A stretch of 64,000 nucleotides of DNA. Source: Lytechinus pictus. Lineage: Eukaryota. A model generated the notes under the pieces. The model saw only the letters and a program-made list of their open reading frames with translations. It had not been told where the DNA came from and did no database searches. This document shows, piece by piece, positions 11,173 to 23,711 of the stretch (within the stretch, counting starts at the first letter, position 1; each line of letters begins with the position of its first letter). The translations under genes and the position numbers were made by a program. The DNA is taken from NCBI RefSeq assembly GCF_037042905.1, contig NC_087245.1:23810001-23874000 (forward strand), read 5' to 3'.

Positions 11173-14100
11173 GCAGTCCGAAATTTTGTCATTTGTTTTA
11201 TTATCATTATATATCGATACCATGCTGACTGTGTGTCAAGCACACAGTGATATTGTTATATTGTTGTATTAGTTTTACTCATCATCCATGGCTATTTTCA
11301 AAAATATTGTTTTTGCTCCAAGTAGTTAGGCCCTACAATATAATTCCTCTTTTTAACCTTTTCTCTCTTTTTTTCTCTGCGAAATCCTTCTCAACTTCCT
11401 ACCACTCTGTGTCGTGTAGTGTCAGTTGAAGATACGCCCCGTATTTCCTTGGGTCTTCCTGTTGATAAGAGGGGCCCCCACTCAGAACTAACTGTGAATT
11501 TGATAGGTTTGTCTGTGAAAAGATGGGCAGGAACATGCACAGATATGACGGAGAAAAAAACATTCTTCAGAATAGTGATTTATGACAATCATAGTAGTGT
11601 CACATCTTTGAGAGAAATGAGAGAATTCATGACAAAAGTTACAACGGCTTTCCAGAATACCACACCTGGTGGTCTGATATCCACTTGGTCTACTGATTAT
11701 GGTATATTGCACTACAGCAAATGAAGAAAGAACAGATCTATAAGCATTTCTTGTAGAACTGCTGGTGTTACACCTCTAGAGTGGATATCAGGCAAATTGG
11801 GTGTTGCCAACTAATGTACCAGTTACTAAAATGTGAAAAGAAGGTCACCAACCAACTGGATTGCTCTAGTTGTCACATGCAGGCAGGGTCAAGCAGTAAC
11901 ACCAGGTGCATATGCAGGGGGGGGGGCGGGCTTAAGGGTGCGCCCCCCCCCCTGGATAATCAGCCCCCCCTCGTAAAAGTCCAACTCTTGATCCACGCCT
12001 GCACACTGTACTTAAAAACTCTTGAGCCTGTTATTTTTTCAGTGCTTTATTGACAAACAAGATTAGACTAAGTTGAACATTCAAAGGAAGCCAGTAGTAT
12101 CAAATTTAAGAGTGGTTGGAAAGGATCGATGATCTAGGGAAACCTGTGAAATTAATTGTGATGCCACATTTTTTAATCGTCGAATACAAAATTAATTAAT
12201 TCAGAAATTTGCTTCATATCTACATTTACTACAACTTTCTTCTTCATGGGTTGTCATAGGCTTTACAGCTATGTTAAATCATGCAATCGATCTCTTTTCT
12301 TCATTAAAACAAGGGGATTTTTCACAAAATTTAATATCTACAACGTCTTAACTAGTTCCTCAACACAAATAACATTATTCAAATTGAAAAACAATGGACC
12401 TATAAAGTTACAGTACATTGCAGACATGTGTTATGGACCACTGAATTGGCTTGTCATTGGTCCAATTAAGATACATTATTATGCAGATCTACGCATAATT
12501 TTGTTATGTTCATGAGTGACTTTCTCTGAGTGAATGATCTTACAAGCAGGACTATAATATGAAATATCACAGAAGTATATAAACACCAGTAAATCTAAAA
12601 CAAATTGGGCATTTCATTTACTTTTGTCATATCCTTGTACATGTATCCTCAAACTACATATTAAAGATAAATACCAGTAGTGGTAATGACCCTCAAAATG
12701 AGTTCGAACAGAATCCAATAAAATACCACCCTTGGAGTGTTTGTATGTATGAATAAAGAATATGCGCCAATTGGCTCTGGAAGAAAATGCATAATTGCTG
12801 AGAAACAAGCAAAATATTCACAGAATTCCATCAAATGTCTGGTATTTTTCCAGGAAGTATTAATACATTTTCCCACATAGGCTATTCTGTGGTAGTGATC
12901 ATTATAATTATTGGTTTTTAGCTAGGATTTCATGATTTCACAAAGATTAGTTTGCACTAATGTACCAGATGTAGATCAATGATGATATTGTGAGTATTAA
13001 CCTTTATTTAAAAGACTTTCTAATGAAATAATTGTTTGCTGCGTACACTTTCTTTTAAAATTGATGTGCTCATATTTTGTAATAAATACCACCACGCATT
13101 GCACATGTAGATCATTGCCAGTTCAACATTTTATGTTCTTGTTAACTGTCCATCAGCCCCAGAATTATTTTTTTAAAATCACCTTTGTTTCGCTGCAATG
13201 TTTAAACTTATTCAATGTTGCAGAATTTGTCAGTAGGTTCCAAAACGTAGCCCCCGAAAATAAGAAATGATGATAATGATTTAATGTCTGGTACCTGTAG
13301 GTTTATAGTAACTATTTTTAGCATTTTTATCTTATTGAGAAAAGAACAAAGAAAGCCGCTCCAAATCATAGCATTTTCTTCTTATCAAGAGAAAAGAAGA
13401 AAGAAATCCGCACCAAAGCTTCGCATATTTTTCGTTACGCCGTTCCGTCCGCTTTGATCCCCTACAATGAACTGCAATTTTGGTGAAAAGCGGCCGCAGA
13501 GCGCTGTCCGACCATCGCCTCTGTGCGAGCCCACCCGGTGCCCGTACCGCCGGGGTAGCTGCATGCAGGCTACCCGTTCCAAGGACCCCTGTTTTCACAA
13601 ACATTTGTAGTTCCGAGGCCCGTTCCGAGGACCCTCCTTTTTACAGCAAGCCCGCTCCAAGGCCCCTGAATTTTGTCTCGCCCGCTGCATATACCTACCA
13701 CTTTTTTGGTCGTACCCCCCCCCTCCCCCGGGTATAACAGATTTCATTTATAGTCAAAGGGATAAGCTATACAAATTTCAAATTGCACTCTGTGTGTTGA
13801 ATACAGTAAATGAATGCCAACATCGATACGAACAATACATAACATGACTTACTAATAACATTTGAAGTAGGCATACTTGAAGTTAAAGTATTATTAGTAC
13901 CACATTGAAGTGTATCTTTCCATTCTTTGGCTAATATTGTAGTACTAGTATTAGAACTGTCTTCCACATTCTCTTCCATTTCCTCTACAAGTAAATCTAT
14001 AGTGAATTTTGTTTGCCCACCTTCATTCTTACTCCAACAGGTGTAAAGACCAATCATATCCTTAGTAACGTAACTGATTAGAAGTGCATTATGTGGAAGG

Positions 14101-17100
14101 ATAGAAATTGCTTCTGGTAGGGTGTCTCTTACAGTGTTTAGTTGTACCCCTTGAAATGTGACTGACCAGTAAATGTCATTTGATGTTATTATTGGGCAAG
14201 GTAACTCAACCATTTTGTCACCAAGGAATGAAAGAAGAGTTTGGTAGGGCTGAGAGCACAGCAGTGGTCGGCAGGTGAAGCTGTTCTTGGCAGCAAGATC
14301 AACCACTGAATAGTTGGCATAAGCTAAAGGTTTGTCACATTTTATGGGGGTGAGTATGTGTTTCAGAGCGAAAATAGATTCGATGAGGTCACAATTACAT
14401 GTCCAAGGATTATTTTCTAATTCAATTTGGATGCTTTTCAAAGTGAAGGTCAGTAAGCCGAGATCAAGCTTTGTAAGTTGGTTGCCTTGAAGGTAAAGAC
14501 GAGTCAAGTATGTCTGATGCCGTAATGAGCCAAATTCAAAGAACAGTATAAGGTTATAACTTAAATCTAGAAACCAGAATTGATTATGCTTGTCAAATGA
14601 ATCCTTTAAGATCAATTTTAGTTTATTTTGAGACAGATTGAGACTGTATGCTTTGTTACTTCTTGGCAGACAGTATTTTGGGATGGTAGTCATGGCATTG
14701 TTTGACAAATCAAGAATGTTTACAGTGTTTATTAACACATTTTGACAGTGGTCCCCTAGGTTGATAGAAGAGAGATTTAAAAACCATAGATCTGAGAATT
14801 CCAAAATGGTTCCTACACTATTACTTGTGTTTCTCACAAAGTGCTCACGAAAAGCCAAATTTTCATTGAGTTCCAAGTAGAGTAAATTTGGAGTATCTTG
14901 AAATATGCTCAAGGATGTGTTTGAAAAGGGTATAGAAGGAAACCATATGCCCTCTATATCCTGACCTTCTGAAAACAGGTGATTTGAAATGAGTGTTAAA
15001 GGATTTCCACCTAAATATATACATTTTAATTCTAGAATATTTGAGAAAAGACCAGAACGAAGGTGTGTTATGCGATTCCTTTCCAGATTCAATTCCACAA
15101 CTTGTCTTAAACCAATGAATGCTGTAGGATATATATCAGCTATATCATTATCGTTCAATTCAAGAAATATTAGTGAGGATGCTGATGTGAAAGTGAAATT
15201 TGGTATGGAGACAATATGATTCATATTCAGGTATAGTCCCACCAAATTGGGAGAAATTTTGATGTTTTTGAAATCAGTCAAGTTGTTGTTGCATGCAAAT
15301 ATATTGGTTCCTGATAGCTCACTTGAATTTGAAGCTCCAAAGGCATTATTATTAACGTTTATATGAAGAGCTGAAGTAGAAACAACATCAGTGATTCTGT
15401 TGCCCTCTGCATTGATATAAACGAGTGTTCTGTCACCAAAGAGGTGATTCAAGTTAAAATGATGTAAAAGATTGTGACTGATATCAAGGCTTTGGAGGGA
15501 TTGCAAGTTGCGTGTATTAATCTCCATGAATAAATTAAATGACAAGTCCAAAGTTCTGAGATGGATTAGAGTCAAGAAGTCTGGAGAGTTGATGGTTCTG
15601 AGTCTGTTATGGCTTATATACAGCTTCTCAAGTGAATAAATGGAATGAAGGAATCTAAGATCAGAAATTTTATTTTTGGCCAGGTTTAATACAGCTAGTC
15701 TTGGTGAAGAGTCAAATGTTGAGTTTTCTATAGTGTGAATTATGTTTTCTGATAATTGGAGATTTACAAGTTCAGGAAAAGTTGGAAGGTTTGATAATAT
15801 TGATATTCTGTTTTTATCGAGCGTGAGTTCACGAAGTTGAGGAAGGCAAATCAGGGTTTTGTTTTCCAAAAATGTGATAGAGTTTGAAGACAGTTGCAGC
15901 CACTTTAGGTTTAGCAAATTTCCAAACTTTTTCGTGTTCTTAATTTGATTAGAGTTTAAATTAATGTATTCTAAATTGTGATGACTATCCATGCCAAAGT
16001 CAACATATTTTATTCTATTGAATCCAGCATATAGAGAATACAGGTTAGGAAAGGACGAGATGGAAATATTTTGCAGGTCATTCATATCAACATTAAGAAT
16101 TCTTAGCTTTGTATAATTCCCTCCTTCAAATGTAAAGTCAAATCTTGACAGGCTGTTTTTTCGAAGGAGAAGACTTTGTGGTGTACTGAAGAAAGAGCAT
16201 GATAATTGAATAATTTCATTGCCCTTTAAATTGATTGTATCTATGTTTGGAATGTTAGAAAAGGCAGGTCTTTGCACAACTCTTATATTGTTTTCTTCCA
16301 AAAATATGTGCCTGATGTACATCATATTACAGAAGGAAGAGATATCTACAATGTTGTTGTGCCGGAGTTTGATTGTGTCTAGCAAAGGGACACTTAAGAA
16401 TACATTGTCACTGATGCGTCTTATGTAGTTGAATTCAAGCGTAAGTATCTTCAGGCTTTTCATCGTTTGCAGTCTATCCAAATATTCAATATTGTTGTAG
16501 TTAATGTTCAGATGTGATATGGCATTTGGATATGCCAACATCATTGTGTGAAGGTCATTGATAGCATTTCCATTCAAATTCAAAATTGATAATTTGAATG
16601 GAATTTTTGGTAGACTTGTGAGTTTATTGTATGCCAGTTCAAGTTCTGTAAGGTGTGTTGTATTCTGAAGTGTTTGATGATGCCACTCTGTCAGAGAGTT
16701 CTGCATGACAGATATTTGTAGAATGATGGGTAACGAACCAAGGTATGGAATGCTCTGAAGGAAGTTAGAGTGAAGTTCTATGAGCATAAGTTCTCCTGCA
16801 TTATGAAAGACTTGCTTCTCGATGTAGTGTAGATGGTTATGGGACAGAAGAAGTTCCCTCAACCTGTTTTGGCATGGGAATGACTCTCTGTTTAGCGTGG
16901 TGATGAAGTTCCTGCGCAAGTTAAGTACACCAACATTACATGGGAGATCCTTTGGAACATCTTCTAGATAGTGGTCTGTACATGTCATTCTAAAATTCAC
17001 ACCCTGCTGCTCACAGTGACACGGATCCTGACATTGTGAATTACAGCCCCTTCCATAAACAGTGACTAGTAGTAGGAATATGAAGATATTCATTGTTGTT

Positions 17101-17632
17101 CTGAGAGAAGGAATATCCAGGTTGAAAAAGCTTTCAATGTAAGATTGCAATGATAGGGACCATCTTCTTTCTCATGTGGAAACGTCAAACACAAGGATAT
17201 CAACAAAGGGTAATCCAACGGTCTTCACGTTCTTGAAGTATTGTATTACTCTATTTTCCATGAAGAGCACTGCTTATGAGCAAAGAAATGACTACATCAT
17301 GATATGCATTGTCTAGAGAGCTACAAGTAAAGAATCCAGAGACTAAGGATATTAAATGAATGATACATGCGACTTATAAAGTGCCAGATCCACTCTGTAG
17401 AGAGCTCTAGGTACGTAAAGAAACTGAAGTGAACAGAAATTTTTAAACTGAACAGAGATGCAGTTTTTATGTCTTCAGGAAGTCTATTCCAACGGAGTAG
17501 CTTTCCGAAGACATACAAAATCACATACATGTAGATACATGAAGAATAGGCACTTCTCTAAAAAAAAAAATGCCGCTAATTATCTCTGGGAAAAAGATTA
17601 TCCAGAATTTATGCCTCTAGTATTTCAAAGTA
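10685..17632. repeat. Tandem segmental duplication, unit 2 (homology resumes at 22845-22915 after a TE insertion)
   Basis: Colinear with 1-7850. 22845-22915 (ttaattgcaggagatgattgct..gcaaaaatgca) matches 7851-7920. Confidence 0.93.
13767..17093 (-). CDS. Intronless LRR-Ig cell-surface protein, copy 2 (1108 aa)
   Basis: Paralog of 3924-7232, ~97% aa identity by manual alignment. The track start at 17150 is TTG; the ATG shared with copy 1 is at 17093. TAA>CAA extends the C-terminus by QHTECNLKFV. Confidence 0.93.
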   Translation of the reverse strand: MNIFIFLLLVTVYGRGCNSQCQDPCHCEQQGVNFRMTCTDHYLEDVPKDLPCNVGVLNLRRNFITTLNRESFPCQNRLRELLLSHNHLHYIEKQVFHNAGELMLIELHSNFLQSIPYLGSLPIILQISVMQNSLTEWHHQTLQNTTHLTELELAYNKLTSLPKIPFKLSILNLNGNAINDLHTMMLAYPNAISHLNINYNNIEYLDRLQTMKSLKILTLEFNYIRRISDNVFLSVPLLDTIKLRHNNIVDISSFCNMMYIRHIFLEENNIRVVQRPAFSNIPNIDTINLKGNEIIQLSCSFFSTPQSLLLRKNSLSRFDFTFEGGNYTKLRILNVDMNDLQNISISSFPNLYSLYAGFNRIKYVDFGMDSHHNLEYINLNSNQIKNTKKFGNLLNLKWLQLSSNSITFLENKTLICLPQLRELTLDKNRISILSNLPTFPELVNLQLSENIIHTIENSTFDSSPRLAVLNLAKNKISDLRFLHSIYSLEKLYISHNRLRTINSPDFLTLIHLRTLDLSFNLFMEINTRNLQSLQSLDISHNLLHHFNLNHLFGDRTLVYINAEGNRITDVVSTSALHINVNNNAFGASNSSELSGTNIFACNNNLTDFKNIKISPNLVGLYLNMNHIVSIPNFTFTSASSLIFLELNDNDIADIYPTAFIGLRQVVELNLERNRITHLRSGLFSNILELKCIYLGGNPLTLISNHLFSEGQDIEGIWFPSIPFSNTSLSIFQDTPNLLYLELNENLAFREHFVRNTSNSVGTILEFSDLWFLNLSSINLGDHCQNVLINTVNILDLSNNAMTTIPKYCLPRSNKAYSLNLSQNKLKLILKDSFDKHNQFWFLDLSYNLILFFEFGSLRHQTYLTRLYLQGNQLTKLDLGLLTFTLKSIQIELENNPWTCNCDLIESIFALKHILTPIKCDKPLAYANYSVVDLAAKNSFTCRPLLCSQPYQTLLSFLGDKMVELPCPIITSNDIYWSVTFQGVQLNTVRDTLPEAISILPHNALLISYVTKDMIGLYTCWSKNEGGQTKFTIDLLVEEMEENVEDSSNTSTTILAKEWKDTLQCGTNNTLTSSMPTSNVISKSCYVLFVSMLAFIYCIQHTECNLKFV

Positions 17633-18786
17633 GGGGAGACCGGGGTTAGTTGGAACGCGGGGTAAGTTGAAACATTGTAATTTTCTTTAACGTCTTTAAA
17701 TAAATTTCTGCAATACTGCCCTCAATTTATTGTCATTATCAACAGCCATCCACCATATTAGAGACAACACATGTGCAACAAGCCTGGTGAAGTTAGAAAG
17801 GAATTTTTTGTTGTTGACCTTCTGAGTAATTTTTTTCTCTTTCAGATATGTTTTATTATTTCAGAGAAGTTTATAGATCAAGTTGGCCAGTTTGGGTGTA
17901 TGATAGACACTTGTACCAAGCTACAAAATGGGGTTATTAATATGCCATGGTGAAGTCCCTTTTTTGTGCTTTAAGCTTATAAACATCAAATGGGCCTCCG
18001 GGGTTAGTTGGAACAAAATTGAAGGGGCTTATCCTCGCGCGAATTTTTTTTTACTACACTGCTCGCTGACTTTTTACTTTCAAGTCTTGCGCATCATTTG
18101 AGACCAAATTTGCGATGCCTGTGTGCGCGATTTTGAAATTACGCAACATTTTGTATGTGCATGTTGGACCCAAAATTGATCAAAAACGTGATTCGATGTA
18201 CAAGTTCAATGCAAATTGTGTTTTCAACCAAAAGTCATAAATGTATGAATATTTTTTACTTTTGTTGGTTCAAATAGATTTATTTTATGCTATTTATGAT
18301 CGCAAAAGAGTCCCGACAAAGTTCATAGGAAAAAACAAAGGTTCGAAAAAACGAAATACAAATAAAAAAACAAAAAATACATAAGAAATTATATTTTTTG
18401 CAATTTTTGGTGGATATTTGTTATAAATGTGAAAATTTATACTCTCACCAAAAATTAGCATTCTACTAGGTTAATAAATAGAGTTAAAGGCAAAAACATA
18501 CAAAAAAAAAACAAATTTTGGGCAAATTTCATATGCTTATTTGCATAATTAATTAATGAAAAAATATAAACAATCAATTTTTGTCTTGTAAATTGGATGC
18601 AGAAGTACATGAAATTGCTGATAGTACACTTAATTGCATGTAAAATCAAACGCACCCAAATATATATGCGGAATTCTACTTTACACAGTCTGCTTGCGTG
18701 AGTGGCTGTATAATAGAAAACATAAAGTTTAACAAATCCACACTTCAAATATTTTGAACTTGAAAAAATAAAGCAAATAGGCTAAA

Positions 18787-21700
18787 GGGTCATTCTCAAA
18801 AAAATGTTACAATTCACAAAAAAACGTGTCTCGACTATCTTATGGCCGCTAGCTTCACAACCCTGAACATTTTCTACAAAAATATTATCAAGAAAATGAC
18901 AATAATAGACTAGCTCCACAAAGCATATGCGACCAGTGACTAGTAAAGCTCTAATTTTATTACAAAAGCCTTTTATTTTTGCTTTTTGTTAGAATCGACG
19001 CTGTCTCGGGTCAGTTTTATATTTTACTATCATTCTCTTTCCTAAGTAGTCTGTATTTCTTACCTACATTAATGTCTGGTGAGGGCAGCTTGGTGTAAAC
19101 GTCCGACATACTGCGCTTATCCTAGTATTTGATAATCCCTTTGTGATTAATTTCACTTTTAACTTTGTCCCAAATTCATTTTAACCTCCGTAACGAATAC
19201 TGCCACAAGTTTTTTCTCCCATTCATACTGAATGATATTATGTGATAATGTGTCTACAAGTAGAGTGATATTCATTAATAAATAATTGATAGGGAATTAT
19301 CCTATGTGTTTCCTGTATTACACGGAAATAAAGGACTATTCTTAAAAAATAAAAAGTATGACTAAACAGCTTTAACATCCGTAACGCACCTTAAGAAAAT
19401 ATGCACTTTGGCAGTTCTGTTAAGGATTCAGTATTATATAGGATAAGATACACATTTCATAATAAATACAATTTTCAAAGGTATGGCTGCTAAATAAGGA
19501 CCACGTTGGACCATAAAGCATAAAGACATTAACTTCCGTAACGCATTAACTTCCGTAACATTTTTTCTTGAATATGCTACAAATTTGTGCTATACTGAAT
19601 CACTCCGGATCATACAGATATAAATCATATAAGGTACCGTCCACCTACTTACCCATAAAATGATAGCTATTCATCCCTGTCAAATTATTATTACACACCT
19701 TATTTTCAACATCACTTTGAAAAGAGGGAAAATTGCCAGCGAAAACAATTTCCCGAGAATTATATATGATATTTAATGCTTTTAGAATTTTAAATAATTC
19801 ATACTACAAATTTTGAATATTGGCATCTTCTTTAGAACTTAAGATTTCTAATTTCCTTTGCTATATAAAGTGCATTAACTTCCGTAACAATTACTGTTAG
19901 GGAAGTTAATACACTTCTTTGCTTTCCTTTGCTAAGATTGATAGCACGATTCTAGTTCCAGAACAGGTGACATGGCTTTGTCTAATGCTGTAGTCGGCAG
20001 AAATGGTGTAGAGAAAGGGAAGAAGGAGAAACAATTAAGCTTTCATGGACAAGGAAAGAGACAAAAACTGTTTGCAATGGCTCATGAGGAGGGTTAATGT
20101 ATCACCGATCAAAAATGTGAGCGCAAAGCGCGAGCTAAAACTTGTATAGTCTAACCTGAAAACTTGAAATTCTAGGATTTTTTTGTAAAAATGATCAGGA
20201 TGTTATCTGAATAAACTATTAATGCGAGTACAAAGTGTTAGCTGATTTTTTTTTTCATATTCTGACTGAAAGCTTGACATTCTAAACACTCTTTGCACCA
20301 ATCACAAGGGTGGGTATCTTAATTGATGCGACTGTAAATTTTTTATATTTTGATATGAAAACAATAATTTTTGGACGTTGTAATTTGAGAACAAGATATA
20401 TATCCAATAAACAATTATTGCAAAGGTAAAACGCGCGCTTTTTTTTTAGGTTTAGTCCCCAAAACGGGACATTCTACTAATTACTTTTTGTAATCATAAA
20501 AAGGATGGGTGTCTTGCTAAGGAAATGATGCGCAGTGAGTGCGAAGCGCGAGCTGAAAATATGTGTCAATCCAATATGAAAACCAGACATCTTAAGCACG
20601 CTTTCAAATAAAGAGGATATAAATTGAATAAAAAATAATTTCATGCAATACAATACAAAAAAACAAGTGGGGATTACATGTATGTACACCATCAATCAAC
20701 TCTTTTAATATTCATGAAGATATGCATAGACTATATTGTTTCACTAAAATAATGCAAATCTTTAAAATGGCATAACTTCGTTATTTCTTGTTCAATTTTG
20801 ATCATATTTGAAGTATTTTGTTTGTCTGCTTATTATCTGTTCGAGATCATATTTTTCAGCCTGGATGACCCCTTTAATGTGCATGAAAAGCGCTTGAATA
20901 ATCGATATAGGCCTACTGACATGAAAACATGGAAAGGGGTATTTCAAACACTCACGCTTTGTTGGAATTTATAAATGAAATACGTATTTCGATAATCAAA
21001 CATTTTAGCTATTCATATTTTTTTTTTAATCACGAATAGGAAGCGTAATTGCGTATCTCGATAAAACAAACTAATGAAAAAAAAATGCGATTAGATCATA
21101 TAGATTCCATTAATAATTTATGTATTTGTGAATTTTTAGCCTCTTGTTTCATTCACCTTACTTTTTTATTATTCATTTCCCCATGTCCTTTTTAAAATGT
21201 TTTTTCCCCTATTTTTCTATCTTTTTTGGCTATTGGCAAGCGGCGGGAGTCCTCGTAACCCAGAGAACTCGTCCTGGTTACGGGACTGCGATTGTTACAT
21301 TTTGTTTATTGCCAGAAACTTTAAAGATGAACTGTAATTCTGTGGCCCGGTTATTCGGTTTTCTCATTCCAACTGTGAACAAGAACGACAATAAAATTAC
21401 AGTTTCCGTTTCCTGTTTATGTTTTTCACAATTTTTTTTTTTTTGGGGGGGGGTGGCAAATTAAGCTATGCGTTCCATATTTATCTTTATTTATTAAAAA
21501 AAAGGTTATACGAATACCTAAATATGGATTTTCCTAAGCTAACAAATAAATACTGCAATTTGTAACTTGATTTAACTTCCGTAACAAAGATTGACAAGGG
21601 TAAATGCCACTCGAGGATTTGATGGTAAAGTATCTTGGGATTCCCAAAATTGGTCATGCATTGCTTAGGATCTTGCTTAGGATTACTTAGGACCAGAAAC

Positions 21701-22538
21701 TTGTAAGATGAACTACAATTCTGTGGCCCGGTTATTCGGTTTTCTCATTCCAACTGTGAACAAGAACGACAACAAAAATGAGAGTTGTCCGTTTCCTGTT
21801 GTGTTTTTAATTTTTTTTTATTTGGGGGGGGGGGGAATTAAGCAATGCGTTCCACATTCATCTTCAATAAACTAAAAGAAAAATGTTATACCAATACCTT
21901 AATATGGATGTTCCTAAGCTAACAGAATAAGTAGTGCAATTTGTAACTTGATTTTAACTTCCGTAACGAAGGTTGACAAGGTTAAATGCCATCGAGAGGA
22001 TTTAATGGTAAACTATCTTTTGATTCCTAGCATTGGTCATGCATTGCTTAGGATCTCAGGTTATGGATGAAAGTTATTTTAAGGTTGCCTCATTCAAATT
22101 ATGAACATTAAACTAAACGAAAGATGTGCAATGATTTTTATGGTACTTTTTGTTAAATGTTATTTGGTAAAATCCTGCTTCTGAAAAAGAATATTGAATA
22201 TTTTTGCTATCTTGCAAACATTTTTGCTTCAGTAAATAAAACTGTTGATACCACACTGAAACTAAATGGTGTGCATTTCTATTTCAATCATTTCAAAAGT
22301 GATTTAATTGAGTAACATAAGTGAACAATGCTAACGATTAACCTCCGTAACGTTGATATACAGTGCTTGAGTTAATCCGGTCAGTACTTCAAATTGAAGC
22401 AACAGCGACATGCCCCTTTTCTGTTGCCACTTTCTCATACATGGTACTTTCACAATATGTATTTTTCAACCCATTTTGTAGACTTCATTTTTACAATTTT
22501 TCCCCCCATCAATTGTAGCATTTTTCTGAGAATGACCC
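18787..22538. mobile_element. Nested non-autonomous DNA transposon (3.75 kb)
   Basis: TIRs GGGTCATTCTCAAAAAAATGTTACAATT / AATTGTAGCATTTTTCTGAGAATGACCC, TAAA on both sides, recurrent TTAACTTCCGTAAC motif. Confidence 0.8.
21312..22056 (+). repeat. Direct tandem duplication, period ~381 bp
   Basis: ccagaaact..gtggcccggttattcggttttctcattccaactgtgaacaagaacgac occurs at 21312 and 21693. Confidence 0.9.
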
Positions 22539-22986
22539 TAAAACCATGTAATATTTAACAGTTTTAAGTAGTTTTAGTCATTCTTAATTGACCATGCAGT
22601 GTTCCAACTTACCCCATACCATGTTCCAACTTACCCCATATTGGGGTAAGTTGGAACGTTTGCGATGGTCTTGTTCAAGGTGGATTTTTTCAGTTACCAT
22701 AATAGAGTTAAAAATTTTATGGGGTACATTTGAAGCCCTTAGATATATGCTTCAAGCTGATATATTGATTGTTTCTCGAATAAAATCTATTTGGATTTTA
22801 CAGCCATTTTTGTCAAAAATGTTCCAACTAACCCCAGTCTCCCCTTTCTATTCGTTAATTGCAGGAGATGATTGCTCATTTATAGTATATTCAATGACTT
22901 TGGCAAAAATGCAATGCAAAATGTCACAGAGGGAATTCGGCTTAGATCAAATTTAAAGAAAATTATATGGGGGATGATTAGTTTAA

Positions 22987-23711
22987 AGGTCAAGTCCACC
23001 TCAGAAAAATGTAGATTTGAATCAATAGAGAAAAGTCAGACAAGCATAATGCTGAAAATTTCATCAAAATCAGATATAAAAAAGGAAAGTTGTGACTTTT
23101 TAAAGTTTCGCTTATTGCACAATTTAGTCACATGCAAATGAGAGAATCGATGATGTCCCTCACTCACTATTTCTTTTGTTTTTTTATTGTTTGAATTATA
23201 CAATATTTCATTTTTTACAGATTTGACATTAAGGACGAAGTGGACTGAACCATAAAAAAACAATGGTAATTCCATGTGTTCAGGGAGAAATAAAACTTTG
23301 TTTCACAGGATATTGGGGAGAAAAATAAAATATTTTATATGATAAAATACAAAAGAAATAGTGAGAGAGTGATGTCATCAGTTCCCTCATTTGCATACTG
23401 ACCGGGATGCGCGTATAACTGGGTTTTTTTATTCAGCAAAATTTAAAAATATAATTTTCTTATTTTACATCCGATTTTGATTAAATTTTCAGTGTTATGT
23501 TTGTTGGATTTTTCTCTTTTATTCAAATCAACTTTTTGTTGATTTTTCTTTATTTATTCAAGTCAGCATTTTCCTGGGGTGGACATGACCTTTATGCAAA
23601 ATTTTAAAATGTCATAACTTTCTTATTTTACATCCGATTTGATAAGTGTTATGCTTGGTGGATTTTTCTCTTTTTATTCAAATCAACTTTTTGTTGGAGT
23701 GGACTTGTCCT
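22987..23711. mobile_element. Kolobok-like MITE (AGG..CCT ends, TTAA target)
   Basis: ttaa-AGGTCAAGTCCAC..GTGGACTTGTCCT-tcaa with a duplicated 3' end. Same family as 62648-63198. Confidence 0.75.

Larger units (their letters stand above)
17633..22844. mobile_element. TA-site DNA transposon expanded to 5.2 kb by nested insertions
   Basis: TIRs GGGGAGACCGGGGTTAGTTGGAAC / GTTCCAACTAACCCCAGTCTCCCC, with internal GGGGTAAGTTGGAAC-like repeats. Empty site in unit 1 at ~7850. Confidence 0.85.

Noticed and set aside
3924..17093. Toll-like receptor, or VLR-type somatic assembly locus
   Set aside because: No TIR domain, both ORFs are complete, an Ig domain is present, and no flanking LRR donor cassettes are visible.
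17094..17150. N-terminal extension of LRR copy 2 in the ORF track
   Set aside because: Starts at TTG, is not conserved with copy 1 and precedes the signal peptide.
19181..22351. loxP-like recombination sites (TAACTTCCGTAAC versus ATAACTTCGTATA)
   Set aside because: Only superficial similarity; not arranged as inverted 13-bp arms around an 8-bp spacer, and no recombinase ORF.
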